Source of the DNA: Acidobacteriota bacterium
Lineage (GTDB): Bacteria; Acidobacteriota; UBA6911; RPQK01; JAJDTT01
Assembly: GCA_965263035.1 (NCBI GenBank)
Contig: OZ253580.1
Span: 4,544,001-4,608,000, forward strand
Direction of reading: 5' to 3'
DNA length: 64,000 nt
In this document: positions 19,735 to 27,433 of the stretch, piece after piece
How the letters are laid out: each line of letters starts with the position of its first letter
Numbering within the stretch: position 1 is the first letter of the stretch
Notes under the pieces: model-generated
What the model saw: the letters and a program-made list of their open reading frames with translations, nothing else
What the model was told of the DNA's origin: nothing
The model's database searches: none
Made by a program: the position numbers and the translations under genes

Positions 19735-20143
19735 AAGCTTCCTCGACACCAACGTCTTCGTTTACTTGTTCGATGAGACCGACGACAGCAAGCGGGAACG
19801 AGCAGAGCGTTTGGTTCAACGGGCCTTGGAGCGCCAAACCGGTTGCATCAGTTTCCAGGTCGTCCAGGAAACCCTCAATGTCATGACCGGTAAGCTCAAG
19901 GTGCCACCGGAGACGGCTCGACAGCTATTGAACGGAATCTTGATGCCTCTTTGTCGGGTCTTCCCGACCCAGGCGCTTTACCAGAGTGCCCTCGACCTGC
20001 AAGCTCGCTATCGGCTCGGCTTCTACGATAGCCTGATCGTTGCGGCCGCGATCGAAGCGGGCTGCAGAACCCTCTACAGCGAAGATCTTCAGCATGGACA
20101 GCAGATTTCAGGCGTCATCATCATGAATCCTTTCGGGAAGTGA
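19724..20143 (+). CDS. vapC: PIN-domain VapC toxin
   Basis: FLDTNVFVY, QVVQE, FYDSLIVAAAIEAGCRTLYSEDLQHG, NPF. Confidence 0.92.
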   Translation: MSVESFLDTNVFVYLFDETDDSKRERAERLVQRALERQTGCISFQVVQETLNVMTGKLKVPPETARQLLNGILMPLCRVFPTQALYQSALDLQARYRLGFYDSLIVAAAIEAGCRTLYSEDLQHGQQISGVIIMNPFGK

Positions 20144-20482
20144 GTCGATCCAGGGAGAGAAAGCGAACCAGAGCAGGGACGAAGAGATGTAGTATGCCGA
20201 CGACCCTGACCCTGAGTTCGACCGATCCGTTCTTCGAACAGCCGATTCCTCAACTTGCCGTACCAGTGCCCGAGCCGGTATTGGGAACCGGACACCGTCG
20301 TTTGACAGGAGTCGTGGCCGTGGTAGGGTTCTAGCATTCGATCGAATGTCCGCCGAACCTGCGGCCAGATATCGATTCGAAAACGCTGGCTGCTGGTCCG
20401 TCGATCCGCGCCGGCGCAATCTCGGCAAGTTCAGATGACCTGCTTCAGGGAATAACGTTACGCGTCTTCTGCAGGGGGGCAA

Positions 20483-22507
20483 ATGACCGACCAGACACAC
20501 AGCCACACTCCCGGCACGGATCCCGCCGCCAACCTCCGCGTCCCGGCCGGGAAAATGGCGCCCTGGGGAGTGGACACGCTTCCCGTTCCTCCCCCCGACC
20601 GCTTCGACCTGCGCCGGTTCCTGGGACCGGGCCTGCTCATGGTGGGATTGGCCATCGGAGGAGGGGAATGGCTGACCGGTCCCGCCCTGACGGCGCAATA
20701 CGGCGGGGTGCTGATGTGGATCGCCACCATGAGCATCCTGTTCCAGTGCTGCTACAACCTGGAGGTGATGCGCTACGCCCTCTATTGCGGCGAGCCCATG
20801 TTCACCGGCTTTTTCCGATTGGCGCCGGGCCCGCGCTTCTGGACCGGCGTCTTCCTGGTGGTCGACTTCGGCGCCATCTGGCCCTACCTGTCCGCCAACG
20901 CGGCGGTTCCCCTGTTGGCGGCTTTTTTGGGGCATCTCCCGGGGACGCTTCCCACGACCTATCTTTCCCAGGAGGAAATCGTGGCCGAGACGGGCCTTTC
21001 GGCTCGGCTGGTAGAGGAGATGTCGCAACACCCCGGTCGTTTCGGACGAGTCCAGGACATCGAGCGCGACACGGGACTGCCGGTCGAGGTGATCCGGGAG
21101 ATGTCACGGAACCCGGAGAATTACGGCGACACCCGCCGCTGGCGGCCCCTGCCTCATCCGCTCACCGAGTGGCAGGACGGGGCATCGGTCACGGAGGTGG
21201 CGGCCAGAACCGGTCTGGACTCCGAGATCTTGGAAAAGGTTCAAGGGAGGCCGGAGTTGTTCGCTCCCGTGGAGCAGGTCATCCGCGAAACCGGACTTCC
21301 GGCCGAGATCGTCCATGAAATGGCTCGGAACCCGAGCGCCTATGGCGTCACGGACCGGTGGAAAGCCACGCCCGGCCCGGTGCTGGAAAAGTGGGTCGAT
21401 CCGGAGAGGAGGACTGTGAGCTGGCTCGGCTACGCCATCTTCCTCTCTGCCTTCGTCCCGCTGATCTTCGGCGGCAAGGTCTACAACATGGTGGAGAAGA
21501 TCATGGCCGCCAAGACGGTCCTGGTCCTGGGCTTTCTCATCTTCCTGGGGGTCTTCTACGTCGAATGGCGGGTCTGGGTCGAGATCTTTTCGGGGTTCGT
21601 CAAATTCGGCGCGCTTCCCGAAGTGGGCGGGAACCCGTTGACGTGGTCGGAACTGTTCCGGGGGACCTTCGGAATCGGAGGCGCAAGGCCGGCTCTGGAC
21701 GTGGGGCTGTTGGCCATTTTCGCCGCTATTGCCGGAAGCGGAGGCCTCGGCAACGCCAGTTTCGCCAACTACGTTCGGGACAAAGGCTGGGGAATGGGGG
21801 CCCGGGTGGGCGCCATCGCCAGTGCCGTGGGCGGGAAGGGCATCAGTCTGCTCCACGAGGGCCGGGTGTTCCAGATCACGCCGGAATCGAAAAAAATGTG
21901 GACGGGATGGCGCAAGGTCACGATTCGGGACCAACTGGGGATCTGGGTCGTGGGCTGTATCCTGGGCATGGGCATACCGGCCCTGCTCTCGCTTCAGTTC
22001 GCCGCCGGACAGCAGGTCCGGGGCGATTCCCTGGCCGCCTTGACGGCGCAGGGAGTCGTCGAGAAGACGGGGGAACCCATCTTCTGGATTCTTACACTGC
22101 TCTGCGGCTTCCTGGTCCTTGGCCCTACCCAAATTGCGGCGGCGGATGCCTTCTGCCGGCGTTGGACCGATCTGATCTGGACCGCCAGCCCCCGCGCCCG
22201 GAAACTGAAGGAAGAGAAGGTCAAGTATGTCTACTACGGACTCCTGGCCGCCTACGCCCTCTGGGGAGTGATGGCGCTGACCCTGATTCCCGACCGCATG
22301 ATGATCGTGAAGATCGCGGGCATCCCGTTGAACTTCGGTCTGGGATTCTCCGCGCTTTGCGTCCTGGCCGTCAACACCAAACTGTTGCCCCGGGAGCTGA
22401 GGCCGGCCTGGTACATCAGGCTGATCATGGTGGCCTGCGCCCTGTTCTTTCTGAGCATTGCCTGTGTGTCCACGGCCGCCGTGATGCGCGACCTGCAGTT
22501 TCTGTAA
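20483..22507 (+). CDS. Nramp-like/APC-type membrane transporter with an internal repeat insertion
   Basis: LGPGLLMVGLAIGGGEWLTGP N-terminus, RYALYCGE, RDKGWGMG, many TM helices; ~150-aa soluble repeat insert. Confidence 0.75.
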   Translation: MTDQTHSHTPGTDPAANLRVPAGKMAPWGVDTLPVPPPDRFDLRRFLGPGLLMVGLAIGGGEWLTGPALTAQYGGVLMWIATMSILFQCCYNLEVMRYALYCGEPMFTGFFRLAPGPRFWTGVFLVVDFGAIWPYLSANAAVPLLAAFLGHLPGTLPTTYLSQEEIVAETGLSARLVEEMSQHPGRFGRVQDIERDTGLPVEVIREMSRNPENYGDTRRWRPLPHPLTEWQDGASVTEVAARTGLDSEILEKVQGRPELFAPVEQVIRETGLPAEIVHEMARNPSAYGVTDRWKATPGPVLEKWVDPERRTVSWLGYAIFLSAFVPLIFGGKVYNMVEKIMAAKTVLVLGFLIFLGVFYVEWRVWVEIFSGFVKFGALPEVGGNPLTWSELFRGTFGIGGARPALDVGLLAIFAAIAGSGGLGNASFANYVRDKGWGMGARVGAIASAVGGKGISLLHEGRVFQITPESKKMWTGWRKVTIRDQLGIWVVGCILGMGIPALLSLQFAAGQQVRGDSLAALTAQGVVEKTGEPIFWILTLLCGFLVLGPTQIAAADAFCRRWTDLIWTASPRARKLKEEKVKYVYYGLLAAYALWGVMALTLIPDRMMIVKIAGIPLNFGLGFSALCVLAVNTKLLPRELRPAWYIRLIMVACALFFLSIACVSTAAVMRDLQFL

Positions 22508-22509
22508 TA

Positions 22510-22598
22510 GGAGGGGGGACTTGCAGTCCCCCTCTTCCTCCCCCGAACCGGGGGTTACAAACTCCCGCTCCAGTCCGGCGGTTGGAAACCGCCGCTCC
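22510..22598. repeat. REP/BIME-like hairpin cluster
   Basis: GGGGGAC-TTGCA-GTCCCCC and GGCGGTTGGAAACCGCCGCTCC, the latter identical to 4257-4278. Confidence 0.7.
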
Positions 22599-22621
22599 GA
22601 TCCTTTCCAGGAGGATTGAAC

Positions 22622-23860
22622 ATGCGTACCGGCTCAATCGCAGCGATCGCCTTCTTTCTCTTCCTGCCAATCCCGGCCCACGCTCGCGATAAAAAGAACG
22701 TCATGATCGTGAGCTGGGGCGACGTCATCACGTCCGAGGTCACGGGGGCGGCTCGCCTGGACACTCCCGACAAGGTGCGCGAGTCCGTCCGGACCTGGAA
22801 GTCGCAGGGTATCGATCAGGTCCTCTTCCGCGGCGACAACTTCCGCGTCCTCCTCTTTCACGACACGGTGCCCGCCAACGAAGAACACCGGACGGGGATG
22901 GCGAAGACCCGGGCGGCCTGGGAGTCGGACCTCATGGCGACCGCCGTCGACGCCATGAAGGAAGCCGGCATTCGCGCCTACGTCTGGCTGACCGTTCTGG
23001 ACGAGGGGTGCCCCCCCGACGTCCTTTCCGCCGACTCGGTTCCGTTCCCCTGGCAGTCTCGCTTCACCCGCCAGAATCCCCAGTATCTGGCCTGCGACCG
23101 AAACCTCACCGCGAATGGCCGGAAGTACCAATGGGGGGTCATGGAGTACGCCTACCCGGAGGTCCGGCAATACATGCTCAAGGTCATCCGGGCCTTCTCC
23201 GACCGCTTCGATCTGGACGGCGTCTTCCTGAGCCTTCGCTCCCATTCGCCCCCGCCCGTCCACGCCGATCAATTCGGCTTCAACAAGCCGGTGGTCCAGG
23301 AGTACAAGCGCCGCTACGGACGGGACATCCGGCGCGAGCCCTTCGATCTGGAGAAGTGGCGGAATCTGCGAGGTGAGTTCTTCACCACCTTCCTCAAGGA
23401 GGTCAAAAATCACCTCAAGAGCCGGGGACAGAAGCTGGCGGTAGGTGTGCAACAGGGGGAGTACATAGGTCCCCCCTTCGGCAACATGAGAATCCAGTGG
23501 CGGCGCTGGGTCTCGGACGGGATCGTCGATCAACTCGTGGTCGGCCACATCACCGACGAACGAGCCCGCTACCCGCGGCGCACCCAGCGCACCATGGGCT
23601 ACCTCCAGAGCCAGGAGGACGATCTCGGCCTGCCTCCCATCGAAGAGGCTCTGCGTAAGGACTACGGCCCCCTCTGCACCCGGCACGGAGTCGATCTCCT
23701 GGTAGTGCCGGGAAGTTTCTACATGACCTTTCCCCATCCCTCCTACGGCCGAGGCCGGCAGAGCCCGGAGCTGCGTGCGAAACTCCTGGAGAGACTGGAA
23801 ACGATCCCCGACCTGACGGGCATCGTCCGGGGCTACGGGTCGTTCGTCCGGCCCGAATGA
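22622..23860 (+). CDS. Secreted glycoside hydrolase-like (GHL10-type) TIM-barrel protein
   Basis: Signal peptide (AHA|R); EYAYPEVRQY, FDLDGVFL, FGFNKPVVQEYKRRYG; GGAGG RBS. Confidence 0.65.
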   Translation: MRTGSIAAIAFFLFLPIPAHARDKKNVMIVSWGDVITSEVTGAARLDTPDKVRESVRTWKSQGIDQVLFRGDNFRVLLFHDTVPANEEHRTGMAKTRAAWESDLMATAVDAMKEAGIRAYVWLTVLDEGCPPDVLSADSVPFPWQSRFTRQNPQYLACDRNLTANGRKYQWGVMEYAYPEVRQYMLKVIRAFSDRFDLDGVFLSLRSHSPPPVHADQFGFNKPVVQEYKRRYGRDIRREPFDLEKWRNLRGEFFTTFLKEVKNHLKSRGQKLAVGVQQGEYIGPPFGNMRIQWRRWVSDGIVDQLVVGHITDERARYPRRTQRTMGYLQSQEDDLGLPPIEEALRKDYGPLCTRHGVDLLVVPGSFYMTFPHPSYGRGRQSPELRAKLLERLETIPDLTGIVRGYGSFVRPE

Positions 23861-23921
23861 AGATGACGGCGGCCTGAAGGGAACCGTTTCACTGAAGGAG
23901 ACGGGAGAACCCCTTCACCAG

Positions 23922-24080
23922 GAGCCTGCTCCGCAGAAATTGATCTACTGCGAAAGCGGTAGAATCGGTCCATATTTCCCCGATTTCTCGGCGAATAGAA
24001 CAACTATGCACCTCCAAATCGAGAAAATCTGGCCTCGATTCCCCGCTTTCTCGCTACGATCATTTCTACCGCGCAGACTC
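23922..24080. mobile_element. 159-bp MITE copy 2 (inverted relative to copy 1)
   Basis: Perfect 4-bp TSD CCAG on both sides; reverse complement of 1330-1488. Confidence 0.88.
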
Positions 24081-24226
24081 CCAGGCAATGGTGTTGATCA
24101 TCGAGGTTGGCCGGAGCATCCTCAGCGGTGGCTTTCAGCCGCCGAACTTCAGAGTAACAATAGAACGATGCGGGAACGGGCGGCTAAAAAATGGGGATTA
24201 TATACAAAAGTCCCGAAACGCAAGCA

Positions 24227-24442
24227 TTAACGACGGTTCCTGGGCTTTCTGATCCACCGGGGTTTGACGGGACGGAGGACTGCCTGCGCCAGCTTGGCCA
24301 TTCGATCCAATGGGGTCTCTCCCGGCACCTTCAAATTGAACTCCTCCTCCTTCTCCGCCTTCGTCGGCTGGTAAGAAGAATGGACCAGTTCTACTGTTCT
24401 GGATTTCGGATTCTTGCGAACTGTAGATTTCCTATTGCTCAT
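24227..24442 (-). CDS. Small basic hypothetical protein (IS1595 passenger)
   Basis: 71-aa ORF with ATG start inside the TIRs; YQPTKAEKEE motif. Confidence 0.55.
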   Translation of the reverse strand: MSNRKSTVRKNPKSRTVELVHSSYQPTKAEKEEEFNLKVPGETPLDRMAKLAQAVLRPVKPRWIRKPRNRR

Positions 24443-24683
24443 TTTCCAGCCCTATCGCCCAGCGGGGAAGGTCTTCAATCGGATGCATTTGCTCAGGTCT
24501 CTTCGTGAGCTTGAATGTAACGGATTGTCCTGCCGCCATCCTCACAAGACGCCCGGCTTGTTCTTCTGAGACCTCGCCCTTGGTCCAGACGTTGAACAGG
24601 ATTTCACTCGGCCTGATGCCAAGACAGAGAAGGTAGCCATATCGTCTGTCGAGACGAATGTGATGGAACTGGAATCCGCCACC
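24432..24683 (-). pseudogene. 5'-truncated passenger gene, restriction-endonuclease-like C-terminal half
   Basis: Start-less 83-codon frame GGGFQFHHIRLDRRYGYLLCLGIRPSEILFNVWTKGEV...FKLTKRP. Confidence 0.45.
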
Positions 24684-24693
24684 TCAGTCCGGT

Positions 24694-25638
24694 TTAACTG
24701 ACCAAATCCTGGTAACGGAGCCGCTGCCCAATGGCCCGATCAGCGACCAGAGACATCTGAGCCAGCGTTCCCAGTTCCCGCATATTGTGGCGTCCTGCGA
24801 ACTCGCCGACGTATCGGTGAAGATGACGCTCTGACAGCCGGTGGAAGGTGCCCATATACGCCCGCTTCATCATCGACCAGAAGGACTCAACGCCGTTGGT
24901 GTGAACCGAACCCCGAACGTATTCCAACTGGGAATGACGGACGGACTCATGATTGTCCAGTGATGCATAGGAGGAGGAATCGTCCGTGTAGACCGCCGCG
25001 TCCGGGTCGATCCGATCCTGGACGAATTCCTGGAGTGTCTCCTGGGTCGTGTCCTGGACAACCTGAGCCGACACGCGGTTGGTCTTCCGGTCTTTCACGC
25101 CAACGACAGCGGTTTTCCCAACCGGGCCGCGCCCCTCCAACTGAGACCGCTTCTTTTTCGGCATGTTCTTCCGCTTGCCACCAAACCAAGTCTCATCCAC
25201 CTCGACCGGACCCCAGAATCTCTGCTCCGGGTCCGAGTTCCAGGCCTGGCGAATCCGGTGTGCCAGGTGCCAGGCCGACTTCTGCGTGATGCCCAGCTCG
25301 CGGTGGAGCTTCATGCTGGAAACACTCTTCAGATTCGTGGCAAACAGGTAGAAGGCGTAGAGCCAGTTCTGATAGCCGATCTTGCTGGACCGCATGAAGG
25401 TCCCGGTCTTGATGCTGAAATGCTTTCCGCATTCCTTCTCACGGCAACGAAACGGCATGGTCTTATGCTTGCATCCAGTCTGGACGTTGGTGACCCCGCA
25501 GTAGGGACAGCAGACCTCTTCCGGCCAACGTCGCTTGATGAACCATGCTTCAGCGGTCTTGTCATCCGGGAACAGTTGGAAGAATTGACGGGTCGAAAGA
25601 CCCTCTCTGAAGTGTTTTCCTGGTGCCTTGTAAGCCAT
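24694..25638 (-). CDS. IS1595-family (ISXO2-like) transposase
   Basis: RWP..CPYCG zinc ribbon, VEVDETWFGG, YTDD, VHTNGVESFWS, YVGEFAGRHN. Confidence 0.95.
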   Translation of the reverse strand: MAYKAPGKHFREGLSTRQFFQLFPDDKTAEAWFIKRRWPEEVCCPYCGVTNVQTGCKHKTMPFRCREKECGKHFSIKTGTFMRSSKIGYQNWLYAFYLFATNLKSVSSMKLHRELGITQKSAWHLAHRIRQAWNSDPEQRFWGPVEVDETWFGGKRKNMPKKKRSQLEGRGPVGKTAVVGVKDRKTNRVSAQVVQDTTQETLQEFVQDRIDPDAAVYTDDSSSYASLDNHESVRHSQLEYVRGSVHTNGVESFWSMMKRAYMGTFHRLSERHLHRYVGEFAGRHNMRELGTLAQMSLVADRAIGQRLRYQDLVS

Positions 25639-25827
25639 TGAACTATCCTCAGTTACAAGACAATTCTACAGGAAAGTCCCTATACTTGTCAACCCCTTGT
25701 CGGGACTTTTGTATATAATCCCCTAAAAAATCGCCCCTTCTGGGGATTGGGCGACTGTAAAGTCTCCACTCCCAGGTGGGCGACAAGGTTGTCGCTTTTC
25801 CAATCACCTTTGCATGTTTCTGGGAAA

Positions 25828-25904
<77 letters not shown>

Positions 25905-26030
25905 GCCGACGGGCCGCTCGGACCCGGACCTGTAATATCCCGTATTTCAACGGTCCCGTCTACTTTGGCAATGCCGCCCGCCGTCGGACACGAAATGTGC
26001 TAAGACAGTTCGTTGTGGTAATTTAGCCTC

Positions 26031-26798
26031 ATGGACGAACGAGAACGCCGCTTGGCCCTCTTCCTCGACCTGGAGAATCTGGCTCTGGGCTTCGAGAAGG
26101 GACACAATCGAACCCGGTTCAACATCGACAAGGTGCTGGAGCGTCTGGTGGAAAAGGGGAAGATCCTGGTCAAGGAAGCGTATGCCGACTGGTCGCGTTT
26201 TTCCGACTACAAGCAGGAGCTTCATGAGTCCGCCTTCGAGCTGATCGACATTCCCAAGCGGAGCATGACGGGCAAGAATTCGGCCGACATCCGGCTCTGC
26301 GTGGATGCCATGGACCTCTGTTTCTCCAAGGATCACATCGACACCTTCGTCATCCTCTCCGGGGACAGTGACTTCTCCCCCCTGGCTTCGAAGCTGAAGG
26401 AGAACGGCAAGCACGTGATCGGCCTGGGAGCCCAGGGAAGCACTTCCCAGATGCTGGTGGACAACTGCGACGAGTTCATGTTCTACGAGGAGCTGGACCA
26501 GGTCGCCACCAAGCCGCCTCGCTTGAACACCCGTATCGCCAAAGAGAAACGCCCCGCCTTTCAGCTCCTGATCGAGTCGATCCTGGCGCTGATGCGCGAA
26601 AACAAGGAAGTGATCTACTCCTCCATGGTCAAGCAGACCATGAAGCGGAAACAGCCCGCCTTCAACGAATCCAGGTTCGGCTACCGGACCTTTTCGGCCC
26701 TCTTGGAGGAAGCCGCCAACTTCAACCTGGTGGTTCTGGGGGAGGACGCCCGGAGCGGCACCTACGTGATCCGGGGTTTCGGAACAGAATCCAATTGA
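26031..26798 (+). CDS. NYN (LabA/DUF88) domain protein with C-terminal OST-HTH
   Basis: LFLDLENL, AYADW, KNSADIRL, SGDSDFSPL, CDEF; FNESRFGYRTFSALLE. Confidence 0.92.
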   Translation: MDERERRLALFLDLENLALGFEKGHNRTRFNIDKVLERLVEKGKILVKEAYADWSRFSDYKQELHESAFELIDIPKRSMTGKNSADIRLCVDAMDLCFSKDHIDTFVILSGDSDFSPLASKLKENGKHVIGLGAQGSTSQMLVDNCDEFMFYEELDQVATKPPRLNTRIAKEKRPAFQLLIESILALMRENKEVIYSSMVKQTMKRKQPAFNESRFGYRTFSALLEEAANFNLVVLGEDARSGTYVIRGFGTESN

Positions 26799-26859
26799 GA
26801 GCCTCCTGGCACCCGAAGGGCAGGATCGCGCTCGCGTCCCTTGCCGCGAAAAAACCGGG

Positions 26860-27321
26860 ATGAGAATCGTCCGGGTCACCGCCGTCACCGGAGAGATCGT
26901 CGAGTCCCTCGGCCGGCTGATCCCTCAACTCTCCACCTCGGCAGCGATTCCCACTGCCGATCAACTGGAACGCCTCGTTGCCGACGGCGCCGCCCAATTG
27001 CTCATTGCTCGGGACCCGGACCAGGAAGACCGGATCGTGGGCACCCTGACCCTGATCCTGTTCCGGATCCCCACCGGGGTCCGGGCCTGGATCGAGGACG
27101 TGGTGGTGGACGAGTCGGCTCGAAGACGCGGAGTCGGCGAGCTCCTCTGCCGAGCCGCCATCGAACGGGCCCGGTCCGCCGCCGCCCGAAACGTGAATCT
27201 CACCTCCCGGTCCGCACGCAAGGCCGCCAACCGCCTCTACCGGCGCCTCGGTTTCTCATTGCGGCAGACCAACCTGTACCGGTACTCGCTGGAGGAGGAT
27301 AATGCGCCGCCGCCCGGATAG
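26860..27321 (+). CDS. GNAT acetyltransferase
   Basis: IEDVVVDESARRRGVG acetyl-CoA motif; AANRLYRRLGF. Confidence 0.92.
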   Translation: MRIVRVTAVTGEIVESLGRLIPQLSTSAAIPTADQLERLVADGAAQLLIARDPDQEDRIVGTLTLILFRIPTGVRAWIEDVVVDESARRRGVGELLCRAAIERARSAAARNVNLTSRSARKAANRLYRRLGFSLRQTNLYRYSLEEDNAPPPG

Positions 27322-27433
27322 GCCACGGAGGTAAATTCGGGTAAAGGCGCCACAGAGATACTCTCGATTCTCTTGCTTTGCAGCTAGCGTCCGAACAGAC
27401 GCTCACTGGTCTTGCCACAGTGTGGAGGAATTC

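Larger units (their letters stand above)
24193..25723 (-). mobile_element. IS1595-family element with passenger DNA
   Basis: Perfect 24-bp TIR GGGGATTATATACAAAAGTCCCGA; 8-bp TSD TAAAAAAT. Confidence 0.95.

Noticed and set aside
1330-24080. Past inversion between the inverted MITE copies
   Set aside because: Copy 2 retains a matched CCAG TSD, and the flanks do not fit a reciprocal swap
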